In this document: positions 17,872 through 28,200 of the stretch, piece after piece
Position numbering within the stretch: the stretch's first letter is position 1
Layout: the number at the start of each line of letters is the position of its first letter
Assembly (NCBI GenBank): GCA_963749175.1
Contig: CAVVLM010000006.1
Span: 15,558 to 79,557 of the forward strand
Length of the DNA stretch: 64,000 nt
Direction: 5' to 3'
Source: an uncultured Candidatus Saccharibacteria bacterium
GTDB taxonomy: Bacteria; Patescibacteriota; Saccharimonadia; Saccharimonadales; UBA4665
Notes under the pieces: model-generated
Database searches by the model: none
Told to the model about the DNA's origin: nothing
The model's input: only the letters and a program-made list of their open reading frames with translations
Made by a program: the position numbers and the translations under genes

Positions 17872-18888
17872 TCAGCACCAAGCCCAGGTCAGTCCAAGAC
17901 TCACAGTTATCGAGTCACTTACATTGGGCGGAGAGTGGATGATGTCAACATCAGGAGCACTTTGGGTGTTACCTGAGCAACCTCTCCATTCCGCACCGGA
18001 TCCTGTCGTGGGGTCTGACCATTCTGGTCCAATGCCGCTAGGACAGACTGTTTGCGAAGATCCAACTCCAATGCCATTCCAGCCGACGGATTCGTTATAG
18101 GTTTGGCAAGAACCAGTATTGACGAAGCCGCTAGGCTGCCATTCAACAATGGAGTTTCCCTTCACATAGTTGTCGTTGGCATCGAGCCTGGTCAGATTAT
18201 TCCACCAGGTGCCATTGTGACCCGAAGACGTGATCGAATCGCCGATGTACCAATCACCACCGTTTTGCTGAACGAGTGTCTGAATGTCACATGCTCGACC
18301 AGTTGCTTGTCCACCGTTGGCGTGCAGAATCCATACGCAAGGCGTACCGATAATTGTCGTAGCCGCGGTAGACGACGTGACACTTTTAGACAATCTTGCC
18401 TTAACAGCAGTACCGGTAGATGAAACGGCTTTAAAAGCCACGCCGGTAGTAGTAGCCATTGCTTGAGCGACCATTTCCTCAGCTTGAGACTGAGAAAAGC
18501 CGACGGCGATGGCATTGGCGTAGACGTCGCTGAGGCTAAGACTTGCCACAGTCCCGTTAGTCTTCGTGTTCGGGGTGGTAATTGATGCCCCGGTTGCGCT
18601 GTAGGAGTAGGTCATGCCTGGCGCGCCGATGAAGGTATAGCTGTTGCACCCAGCTTTGATGGATGTCAACGTTTGTCCGTTGACGTGTGTCTGCTTGATG
18701 ACAACAGCCTTGTTCGCGGCGGTGTCATTTAACTTCGTATTACAGGAAGGCGCCTTGATATGGGTGCCTTTGGGTGCGGGTTGAGAACTAGTGGGCGTAG
18801 AAGCGCCGGCACTAGCCGATTGGACTACAATTACTGCAAGCGGTAGTGTCAGGCAAGCCGTCCACAACCGAATACGATTTACTCGCAT
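17872..18888 (-). CDS. secreted protein of unknown function
   Basis: The ORF track starts at 18933. The ATG at 18888 follows AAGGAG and gives signal peptide MRVNRIRLWTACLTLPLAVIVVQSASA. Cys- and Gly/Thr/Ser-rich. GC-richer island. Confidence 0.7.
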   Translation of the reverse strand: MRVNRIRLWTACLTLPLAVIVVQSASAGASTPTSSQPAPKGTHIKAPSCNTKLNDTAANKAVVIKQTHVNGQTLTSIKAGCNSYTFIGAPGMTYSYSATGASITTPNTKTNGTVASLSLSDVYANAIAVGFSQSQAEEMVAQAMATTTGVAFKAVSSTGTAVKARLSKSVTSSTAATTIIGTPCVWILHANGGQATGRACDIQTLVQQNGGDWYIGDSITSSGHNGTWWNNLTRLDANDNYVKGNSIVEWQPSGFVNTGSCQTYNESVGWNGIGVGSSQTVCPSGIGPEWSDPTTGSGAEWRGCSGNTQSAPDVDIIHSPPNVSDSITVSLGLTWAWC

Positions 18889-19134
18889 TACTCCACACTC
18901 CTTAGGAGGGTACTCGGGATTCCGTCCTAACATGATGCTGAATTACAGTTTTACATAATTCACCTTTTGTTAAGGTACCATACTAATATTAGATAATCAT
19001 AAAATCAAGTAAATGTCAATAGTCATTTAACCTTAAACATGTTAAAAATATGTTAAATGACTAGACTGATTACAATAAGCATATAATTAAAAACTCTGAA
19101 AATCAGTGATGTAGCGTTTTAAATTAACAAATAG

Positions 19135-19578
19135 TTAATTTTCTCTCATTAACCAGTAATCATAATGACGGGTCGGTAGTTTGATGCGGACTATTAATAC
19201 CGGTGTTTCATAGCTGCCGCCAGTAATAGTGCCTTTAAGTACGCTATATGACAAGTCTGGCGTCTGTGCACTGAATTTACTACCCTTATTAATAGCTAGC
19301 GTTACAGTAGCCGTTTCAGCGGCTTCCGGCTGCCTAAATTCAGTGGCACCGATAAAGCCCCTACTAACCCCAGCATGATAGCGTAAACTTTGGTAATCAA
19401 ATAACTCTTCCAGCGGGGCACTGTAAGCTGCGACTTGAATATCATTTGTCCAACCAGCTGTACCAACAAAACCGTCAACAATCGGGAAACATTCTCCTGG
19501 TTGACAGTTCTCAACTAACTCTTGTAAAAACTCTGGATCCAGAGTTGGTTGTTGATTATAACTTTCTGGGCAAGACAT
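19135..19578 (-). CDS. hypothetical protein
   Basis: 147-aa ORF with ATG start. Confidence 0.65.
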   Translation of the reverse strand: MSCPESYNQQPTLDPEFLQELVENCQPGECFPIVDGFVGTAGWTNDIQVAAYSAPLEELFDYQSLRYHAGVSRGFIGATEFRQPEAAETATVTLAINKGSKFSAQTPDLSYSVLKGTITGGSYETPVLIVRIKLPTRHYDYWLMREN

Positions 19579-19804
19579 AACCCTTATATTTTAAACTCCT
19601 AAAATTCAATGGCAACCGTTTTCGGTAAACAAAATCAGATCGTATCGAGGAATTTTAATATATTAGTATAATACGCAAATAGCTAATGTAATATGCAAAC
19701 ATTTTCAGAGAGTCTAATCAGTAATAATATTTACTTATTTTATTTGCAATTTATTATACGATAGACCCTTATACTTAAAGCTTAAACGCTTTGGTGTAAG
19801 TAGT

Positions 19805-21262
19805 TTGACAACCGAGTTCTCCATTTCTCCAAAAACAAGGGGGGTTAAATTGATTAGTCTGTTGCAAGGGCTATGGCAGCACCGCGCCTCACGTTTTTTG
19901 GTGACTGCCGCAATCTGCACAGTAATCCAGGAAGCAATACTGTTTGGCCTGATCCACTGGCACCTTAACCGGGTGCTGGCTGATGGAATTGGCTTTGGGT
20001 TGGCAGCTCAGGCAAGCTTTGTCCTTAGCAGTAGCTTGACCTGGGGAGATCGTAAGTTAAACCAATCCAAAAGATCAATTACTACCCGCTGGCTGACGTT
20101 TAATTTTGTCGCCGGCATCGTGCTGCTAGTCAACGTCGGCGTTTTCGCCTTTGTTGTCCAGCACGATAAACCGTTTGTCCGCTTTTTCTCTAGTCTTTTC
20201 TCGGTTTTGCCTAAGCACGTTGACGCCGCTGTTTTAGTGGCTTCAATAGCCGGCATACTGATTGGAGCTGTTGTCTCATTCAACTTGAATAATTTGATCA
20301 CCTTCCGGCAAGCAAAGACTATCGAGGTGTCCTTAGCTACAGTAGAGCCTCTCAATACGCAAGCTATGTATGGCCTGGCCAAACAATTGGTCCAAGGCTT
20401 GTCGTTGGCGTATTTTATGCCGGCCTATAACGAAGGTGGCAATCTGCGCTATATGGTTGAAGATGCACTGGTATTTATCCGATCGCTTAAGTTTAGCGAA
20501 GCCAGAATCATTATCATAAATGATGGCTCATCGGATGATACAGCGGCTGTGGCTGACGAACTGGCTTTGCGCCATACAGAAGTTGTGGCCCATCACCGAA
20601 AGCACAATGGCGGCTATGGCCGGGCTTTAAAAACCGGTTTCAGAGCTGTCGTTGCCGCGCGGACCATTGCCGGACAGCCGTTCGACCTTTGGGCATTTTC
20701 CGATGCTGATCGACAGTTCCGGGTTGAAAGCTTGAGCTCACTGTTAGTGGCTCAAATTCAATCTAATGCCGATTTGGTAGTCGGTTATCGAATAGACCGC
20801 CAAATCAACGAATCCAGGTTTCGCTATTATTTGGGCCGTTTTTGGCACCTATATAGCCGAGCTGTGGTAGGACGTGATTTGTTGGTCGTTAGAGATGTTG
20901 ATTGCGGCATGAAACTAGGTTGCGTCAACTCTCTGGCCATTTTCGTTGAAAAGTTATTCGGTGAAAAAGCCGCTATTTCGCCCGAGCTGATTGCTCGCAG
21001 CAAGCTGGCTGGCCATATCATCGCTGAACAACCGGTAGAATATCTACCGCGAATCGCTGGTAAGTCCACCGGCAGTAACCCGAAAGTCATGTTGGTTTCC
21101 GGGTTTCATATAATACTAGTCGGCCTGGCGATACGAACCGAACGTCGCTTAGGTAGGACCTGGCAGTTTGCCAAGAATTTGGAACGTGACATCGTCCATG
21201 AAGTTGACATCGTCGAAGGCCTGATCCGCGGAGGTGAGGATATTGCTACTGAATCTACCTGA
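19805..21262 (+). CDS. GtrA-like membrane domain fused to family-2 glycosyltransferase (polyprenyl-phosphate sugar synthase type)
   Basis: N-terminus RFLVTAAICTVIQEAILFGL...SFVLSSSLTWGDRK is GtrA-like. The C-terminal domain FMPAYNEGGNL...INDGSSDDT...FSDADRQF is GT2 (DPM1/ArnC/GtrB-like). TTG start. Confidence 0.85.
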   Translation: MTTEFSISPKTRGVKLISLLQGLWQHRASRFLVTAAICTVIQEAILFGLIHWHLNRVLADGIGFGLAAQASFVLSSSLTWGDRKLNQSKRSITTRWLTFNFVAGIVLLVNVGVFAFVVQHDKPFVRFFSSLFSVLPKHVDAAVLVASIAGILIGAVVSFNLNNLITFRQAKTIEVSLATVEPLNTQAMYGLAKQLVQGLSLAYFMPAYNEGGNLRYMVEDALVFIRSLKFSEARIIIINDGSSDDTAAVADELALRHTEVVAHHRKHNGGYGRALKTGFRAVVAARTIAGQPFDLWAFSDADRQFRVESLSSLLVAQIQSNADLVVGYRIDRQINESRFRYYLGRFWHLYSRAVVGRDLLVVRDVDCGMKLGCVNSLAIFVEKLFGEKAAISPELIARSKLAGHIIAEQPVEYLPRIAGKSTGSNPKVMLVSGFHIILVGLAIRTERRLGRTWQFAKNLERDIVHEVDIVEGLIRGGEDIATEST

Positions 21263-22832
21263 ACGACAAGTTTTAGGGCGAGACCGGTCAAAACAAGCAA
21301 TCTGGATTAGCGCTTTCGTGCTGTCCGTGGTTGCCTTGACTATCGCCTACGCCCACAAGGCAATCCTGTTATACGGCGATACCATATCGCATTTGGAAAT
21401 TGCCCGCCGGACTGACTCGATGCTAGCCAGCTCACCGATTAATGCCCCTGGGCAGCTCGGTGCCGTTTGGCTACCATTGCCGCATCTGCTAATGATGCCG
21501 TTCATATGGGACAACACGCTGTATCAGGATGGCCTGGCAGGCAGTATTATATCGATGCTGGCTTTCGTTCTGGCAGTCGTGTTTACCTACGGCATTGTGG
21601 TGCAGTTGACTGGACAGCGTTGGCCTGGGATTGTGGCAGCAGCTATATTTGGCCTAAACGCCAATATGCTGTACATGCAAACAACCCCGATGACCGAATC
21701 GCTGCTGTTCTGCTTACTGGCAGCCATGACTTACTACACCCTGAAATGGGCGGATACAGATCGGACTAAGTACTTGGTATATGCCGCTTTTGCTGCCATG
21801 CTGGCTTCGTTGACCCGCTATGAAAGCTGGATCATCATCGCCTGTATGGCGGTAGCTGTTACCGGCATTGCCTGGACATCTCATAAGAGTATGTCCAAAA
21901 AACTGCATTGGTTTCGGGTAAGCGACCGTGTCCTGCTGGCTGGCCTTCTCGGTATCTCGGGAATTTTCTTCTGGCTAGTCTGGAACGTCGTTTTCTTCGG
22001 TAATCCGTTCTACTTCCAAGACGGTCTGTATGCCAAACCGGCGCTGTGGCTTAGCAGTCACGAACCGGCAATTGGCCACCTGGGGGTTGCTATAAAGACC
22101 TACTGGTTTGCCGTCAAGGACAATATCGGTTGGCCAATTCTGGTACTGGCGGGCTTAGGCTTAATCGCCTTTATCGTAGTCGAGTGGTGGCAGAAACGCG
22201 CCATCGCCAGAAGTCTACCAGTGTTGGCTCTACTGGTGATTTTCCCGTTTTTTGTTTATTCGATTTACAAGGGCGAACGACCCCTACATATCACGCCGTT
22301 AGAGCCCGACCTTTACAACGTTAGGTTCGGCCTAATCATGCTCCTGCCGACAGCAATTCTAGCTGGTTATCTGGTGGGAGTACTGCAAAAGCGCCGTATC
22401 CTGATGTATGCAGCCAGCGGTCTGGTGATAGTGGCGGCAATTGGCATATCAAGCGTCATGTTCCGTCAGCAACCAATCACCTATCGTGAAGCGCTCGGCA
22501 GTCAAAGCCCGATCGAAGCCCAAGTCGCCGCCGCTTTTGTCAAGAATTACACTGGCGGACGAATTTTGATGCAATCTTTCGGCAACGAAGGCATTGCCTT
22601 CAAAATACTAAACACCAACGACCTGATTTACGAAGGTAGTTATCAGCAATGGCAAACAGCCTTGCGCAGTCCATCGACGGACCACATTAGTTGGATTGTC
22701 GATCGCTGTGGGCCAAACGCCGACGCTGTCTGTACGCACGTCAACAAAGGTGAATTTGCCCGCTACAAACTTGTCTGGCGTTCGTCCAATGGTATCTACA
22801 GTATCTACAAGCTGAACTGGAGGCCAGCATGA
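21234..22832 (+). CDS. GT-C-fold membrane glycosyltransferase (ArnT/PMT-like, lipid-carrier dependent)
   Basis: About 12 TM helices with a soluble C-terminal domain. The start is uncertain (GTG 21234 overlaps the upstream gene by 29 nt). Confidence 0.7.
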   Translation: MRILLLNLPERQVLGRDRSKQAIWISAFVLSVVALTIAYAHKAILLYGDTISHLEIARRTDSMLASSPINAPGQLGAVWLPLPHLLMMPFIWDNTLYQDGLAGSIISMLAFVLAVVFTYGIVVQLTGQRWPGIVAAAIFGLNANMLYMQTTPMTESLLFCLLAAMTYYTLKWADTDRTKYLVYAAFAAMLASLTRYESWIIIACMAVAVTGIAWTSHKSMSKKLHWFRVSDRVLLAGLLGISGIFFWLVWNVVFFGNPFYFQDGLYAKPALWLSSHEPAIGHLGVAIKTYWFAVKDNIGWPILVLAGLGLIAFIVVEWWQKRAIARSLPVLALLVIFPFFVYSIYKGERPLHITPLEPDLYNVRFGLIMLLPTAILAGYLVGVLQKRRILMYAASGLVIVAAIGISSVMFRQQPITYREALGSQSPIEAQVAAAFVKNYTGGRILMQSFGNEGIAFKILNTNDLIYEGSYQQWQTALRSPSTDHISWIVDRCGPNADAVCTHVNKGEFARYKLVWRSSNGIYSIYKLNWRPA

Positions 22833-24526
22833 AAGTCGTAAAACACCGTCGTCGCAGTAAAATCGGCCGGATGTATGACGCCTTTGTCTACCCGAACCAA
22901 TCAGCCGCCGTTTTCCTGAGTCTGTGCCAGAAGATTCTTCTGCTGATGATTCTAGCGGGAGCGGTAGCGATTGTTAAGTATGACGGGTGGCAATTGCTGG
23001 CTAGAGTCGCCTTTGCCGTGATTGTGGCATTCTATGTCATTCTCGTGGGCTTTAAGGGGCTGCTCTGGTGGGCATCGCGGCGTCACCGCTACATTGACTA
23101 CAAGATGCCGGACATCAGCGACCCGAACCTACCGAGCTGCACCATCATGGTGACGCTCATGGGCGAGCAAGTGATTGTGTCGCAGCTAATCGAAGCGATC
23201 AAGCTGATTATTTACCCGCCGGAAAAGTTGGAAGTGATGATCGTCGTTGAAGACGAAAGAGTCGATCCGCACACTGCTCCGGCAGTCAAAAAGGTGCTTG
23301 ATAAGCGTAATGAACTGGGAATATTTAAGGTTCAGAGTGTGCCGCATGACCTGCAATTGCCGCAAAATAAGCCCCGAGCCCTGGTTTGGGGTCACATGCA
23401 CGCTAACCCGGACAGCGACATACTGGTAATTTATGACGCCGAGGATCATCCGGAGCCGAACCAGTTGCTGAAAGCGGTCGGTATGCTGAGAGCAGCTAAA
23501 GCCCAAGGTTTAAACGTTGGTTGCGTGCAAGCGCGACTAGCGTTCTGGAACCCGGGTGTCAGCTTCATCAGCAAGTGCTATGACGCGGAGTATTTCGTCC
23601 ACTTTAAGTGGATGCTGCCAGGACTGGCTCATCTGGGACTGGTACCGCCACTGGGTGGAACATCGAATATCTTCCGGCGTGAGACACTGGCCGCAATTGC
23701 AGCCAGCAATCCGGAATGGGCAGAAATACTGTATGAGGATGAGCTGATTGGCAACATTCAGTCAATTCCAGTACAGGGCGCCCATGATCCGTATAACATC
23801 ACCGAAGACGCCTCGATCGGGATGAGCTCATATAAAGTGGGTTACAGCATTGCGATGCTGGATTCAGTGACCTATGAGGAGTCCCAGATCAGCTGGCGCG
23901 GTGCCCGGCGACAAAGAAGCCGTTGGTTACAAGGATATATGCAAACCTTCTTCGTTCATACCAGACGGCCACTGCGGACTATCCACTCGATGGGCTGGTG
24001 GCGCGGTTTTGCTCAATATTTCAGTTTTAACCTGACGATGTTGGGTGCACCGTTGTCGTATCTGCTAAGTCCGATTGTCTGGGGCACGATGCTGCTGTAT
24101 ATCGGTTCCCGATTGAAGCACGCCCCGGCCATATCGAGCTACATCGAGCACTTGTTCCCGGCACCGGTGTACTTTCCAGGTATGCTGGTGTTTCTGATAG
24201 GTAATTTCGTGTTGCTGTATCAAATAATCCTGGCCCCTGTTATTCAGCAGGATGAAGCCGAAAAAGCTGCCAAGCCGGCATTCGCCGAAAATATCTTGGA
24301 ATCCAATCGCCAACAAGAAGAGTACGGGTTAGTTTTCCCACTGCTTTTCATACCGCTATTTTGGATGTTCACCAGCTCATCGGCTTACCGGGCGCTTAGG
24401 AAATTGCTAACTCCCTCGCTAAGGTCCCACTGGGATCTGACGAAGCATGGACATGCCCGTGAACAACTGGCAGAGCTGCAGCAACAAGCCGCTTTGTCAC
24501 TTGTGCGTGAAGAGGATATTGCTTGA
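22829..24526 (+). CDS. processive family-2 beta-glycosyltransferase (cellulose/chitin/PNAG-synthase-like)
   Basis: ATGA overlap with the upstream gene. Motifs YDAEDHPEPNQ, ITEDASIG (TED) and QRSRWLQG (QxxRW), flanked by TM helices. Confidence 0.85.
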   Translation: MKVVKHRRRSKIGRMYDAFVYPNQSAAVFLSLCQKILLLMILAGAVAIVKYDGWQLLARVAFAVIVAFYVILVGFKGLLWWASRRHRYIDYKMPDISDPNLPSCTIMVTLMGEQVIVSQLIEAIKLIIYPPEKLEVMIVVEDERVDPHTAPAVKKVLDKRNELGIFKVQSVPHDLQLPQNKPRALVWGHMHANPDSDILVIYDAEDHPEPNQLLKAVGMLRAAKAQGLNVGCVQARLAFWNPGVSFISKCYDAEYFVHFKWMLPGLAHLGLVPPLGGTSNIFRRETLAAIAASNPEWAEILYEDELIGNIQSIPVQGAHDPYNITEDASIGMSSYKVGYSIAMLDSVTYEESQISWRGARRQRSRWLQGYMQTFFVHTRRPLRTIHSMGWWRGFAQYFSFNLTMLGAPLSYLLSPIVWGTMLLYIGSRLKHAPAISSYIEHLFPAPVYFPGMLVFLIGNFVLLYQIILAPVIQQDEAEKAAKPAFAENILESNRQQEEYGLVFPLLFIPLFWMFTSSSAYRALRKLLTPSLRSHWDLTKHGHAREQLAELQQQAALSLVREEDIA

Positions 24527-24634
24527 CTCATGAAAAAAATGGAGAACGAACTCGAGCCGGACTACAAACAAGTCCTCCGCGATTATTCGCTCCCCATGTG
24601 TTGGGTTGAGCAGTAGTTTTGCGTAGAGGAAACG

Positions 24635-24712
24635 GGCAGTGTTTAGCTAACATAGCTAAGATAGTCGATTACGATCGATTATTCTTCCCTAGCGGAAGGC
24701 ACTGCCTTTTTT
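24635..24712 (+). terminator. multi-stem structure closed by GGCAGTG/CACTGCC and followed by T6
   Basis: Outer 7-bp stem (24635..24641 / 24700..24706). Inner hairpins TTAGCTA-ACA-TAGCTAA and CTTCC-CTAGC-GGAAG. TTTTTT at 24707..24712. Confidence 0.5.
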
Positions 24713-24774
24713 CACAACTAAAATATTATTTATTCGAAAATATCAGTATTAGTACCAATTACCCGGGCAATCGG

Positions 24775-25116
24775 CTACGGAACGTAGGGTTGACCATAAT
24801 ATCGACGGGCTTGTTTACGGATTCGGTTATCAATTTCAGCAGCTTTGCTAGTCTTCTCTGCTGGATCGGTGATATTGGCCGTTTCGAGTACAATTTGATG
24901 TTCGATAATGTGATTTAAGCTGTTACCTGAGCTCTGGTGGTATAACTCTTCAGCCTGGCTGATAATAGCCAACTGGATACCGGTAATAACGGCTTCAGCA
25001 AAGGCAGCTTTATCGCCTACATTGCTTAGGTCAAAGCCGGTAGGGCACTCCACAAGTTCTATATAAGTTTCGCGGATTTTAGGCGCCAACATTTCAGCCA
25101 TCCATTCGGCGGTCAA
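24775..25116 (-). CDS. hypothetical protein
   Basis: 113-aa ORF. Confidence 0.55.
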   Translation of the reverse strand: MTAEWMAEMLAPKIRETYIELVECPTGFDLSNVGDKAAFAEAVITGIQLAIISQAEELYHQSSGNSLNHIIEHQIVLETANITDPAEKTSKAAEIDNRIRKQARRYYGQPYVP

Positions 25117-25267
25117 TATTACCCCGATAATCCGGACCCAGAGAGCCTTCGCCTTGATCTAGGCGCATGCGCTGCAGCAGCTCAGTCGGTTTAATGTATT
25201 GGTCGTATTCTTAGCTTGCCATGAGTACCTATGGTTATAGATTTAAGTAAATAATTTTTCCAACTTT

Positions 25268-28200
25268 TTACGGTGAAGTCAGGCTGACATTATCCATAGT
25301 AGCGGTGCTTAATGCCCCAGCATTATGCGAACAGACAAACAAACCAATCGTAGCCGGCGAGCTTAAAGTCAACGTTGTTGAACCAACTGTAGTCCAAGTA
25401 TTTCCATTAGCTGACGAGTAAGCCGTAACAGTACCGCCAGTAATACTTAATCTAAGCCAGCCGTTGGGGAAAGTATAATTGCCACCGCCAACACTGCCAT
25501 TAAAGTTGTACTGGAAAGTTATGCCATTACCTGGCGTAACGGCCAGTAGTGCATACGGCGAACCAGCCGTAGTACTTTGTTTGATCATGATCCCGGCTTT
25601 AGCCCAAGCGCTAGTATTAGTCTGTGAGCTAACCCGGGCGGTAATCGTTTCGCTGCCGTTAACCAGTGGTTGCGAGACATAATTGAATTGATCTAAATTA
25701 CCGCCGCCAGTACCCCAAATATCATTACCGCCACCGTTAATAGTGAATACACCACTGCTGTAAGTGGCCGATCCGGCCGGTGTCGGATTGCCAACATCGG
25801 CATCAGTCCAGGGCGAAGGTAAACTAGCGCCAGCGGTAATGTTTACATTATCGATTGTGGCCGTACTTAGAGCCCCGGCGTTATGTGAGCAGACGAACAG
25901 TCCAATCGTGGCCGGGGCTGCTAAATTAAGGGTTGTGGCACCGATTTCATTCCAAATAGTACCATTGGTTGAGCTGTAAGCAGTAACCGTATTGCCAGAA
26001 AGACTTAGCTCCAGCCAAGCATTTGGAAATGTGTATGCGCCTCCACCAATACTGTTAGTAAAGTTAGACTGGAAAGTGATGCCATTACTTGGTGTAACCG
26101 CTAGCAGCGCGTACGGTGAGCCGGCTGTCGTACTTTGTTTGATCATAATGCCAGCTTTCGCCCAAGCACTTGAATTAGTCTGTGAGGTTACTCGGGCAAT
26201 AATATTCTCGTTACCGCTAAAGGGTTGTGAAACATAGTTAAACTGATCAAGATTGCCGCCGGGTGTACCCCAGATATCGTTGCCACCGCCATTGATGGTA
26301 AATACACCGCTGTTATAAGTGGCAGAGCCGGAAGGTGTAGGTGTGCCAACATCAGTATCAGTCCAGGGCGACGGCAGACCACTGCCGCTGCCACCACCAG
26401 TAACACTGACATTATCAATCGTGGCAGTACTTAGAGTGCCGGAGTTGTGGGCGGTTACGAATAAACCGATAGTGACCGCCCCAGAAATATCAATTGAGGT
26501 AGTGCCGATTGGTGTCCAAGTAGTACCGTTAGTAGAAGTAGAAGCAGTTATAACATTGCCAGCTCGGCTTAACTCCAGCCAAGCATTCGGAAAGGTATAA
26601 GCTCCACCACTAGTGCTATTAGTAAAATTTGACTGGAAAGTTATGCCATTACTGGGTGTTACCGCCAGCAGTGCGTAAGGCGCGTTAGCAGCATTACTTT
26701 GTTTGATCATAAGACCGGCTTTAGCCCAGGCACTAGTATTGGATTGTGCGGTAACTCTGCCGATAATGCTGCCATTGCCAGTTAGCGTTTGCCAGACATA
26801 GTGAGACTGGTCAAGGTTGAAATAAGGTGTACCCCAGATATCATTACCACCACCGCTGATGGTAAATACCCCACCACTATCGCTGGCCGAACCAGCAGGA
26901 GTCGGATTGCCAATATCACTGTCTAGCCATGGACTGGGTAGGTTCGGATTGGGTGTTACTAGTGAGTAATTAGCAAACGTAACGGTATTAGTTAAGAACT
27001 GGCTATGAGAAGTATCAGTTAACCCAGCTAAGGCGGTTGAGGGCAAAACTACGGTTATTGGAGTTCCTGGAAAAACGGTCCAAGTTACACCATCAGCAGA
27101 AGTATAGGCAGTAAAGTTATTGCCGGAGCGAACTACTTGGAGCCAGATCGGCGCTCCACTGCTGACACCAGTTAATTGTTGGGTGCTGCCACCTTCTGTA
27201 CTGCGATACTGGACAACAGTGCCATTGCCCGGGGTCGCCAGAATTGCAAAATAAGCTGCCGCTGGGTCAGCTGCACCATTAGTATTATCTCTTATCATAA
27301 TGCCAGCCTTAGCCCAAGGGTCGGTGTTTTGCTGGGAAGTAACTTCAGTTGTAATGGTTCCGTTTCCAGCCATAGTTTGGGCTTCATAGTGGAAGTCATC
27401 AGCAGGTCCATACAAGTCTTTGCCGCCGCCTAGTAGTGAATACACCCCGTCGACATAATACTGCGAGCCGGCTGGCAGCGTATTGCCGCCAATGTCTTCG
27501 CATATCCAGCTGGCCGGGCAAATGTTCGGCGCTGGCGGTGCTCCGGCTACCACCGACAGACTGTCAGCAGTTGTGGCATTAGGCGATCCATAGTTGGCTG
27601 AAGTTACAGCATAGCCAGCTGTTATTGCGCCGCTTAAGTTGCTAAGCGTCTGGCTAGAGCCAATTATCGGTCGCCAGTTATTGCCGTCGCTTGAAGTATA
27701 AGCCGTAAATGTATCGCCGGAGCGGACAATCTGTAAGTATTGTGGCAAACTGCCGCTGACACTGACCACGGAATTAGCCGGTAATCCGGCTTGAGTGCGC
27801 GACTCCACCATAATGCCGCCATTTTGCGGGACGGTAAAGGCGCCGTAATAGGCCGAATTCGGTGAGTTGCTGGCGCGCATCATTAATCCGGTCAGAGCCG
27901 AGCCTGAGGTGTTATTTTGACTGTCAATCCTAACTGTAGCCGTGGTGTCGCCAGTAATCGGTTGCGATAGGTAGTGGAACTGATCAGAAGTGCCTTCTAT
28001 CCCATTTCCCGTGCCGGTAATTGTCCAATTGTTGCCAGTTAATGTTTGATTGCCAACCAGTAGCGGATCGCCAATATCTTGGCAAGTCCAACTGCTAGGA
28101 CAAGCATTAGATGATGGCGTGTCTTGGGGAGTATTGCTTGGCGTTCCGATAACGACGTTAGATATAGTTGCCGTACCGGCTGTTGGGCCATTGGCCCCAG

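Noticed and set aside
25271-26941. Near-identical repeats as a template/variable-repeat pair of a diversity-generating retroelement (common in CPR genomes).
   Set aside because: There is no reverse transcriptase or accessory gene anywhere in the window. The repeats are in-frame tandem domains of one protein, and the differences are not obviously restricted to adenine positions.
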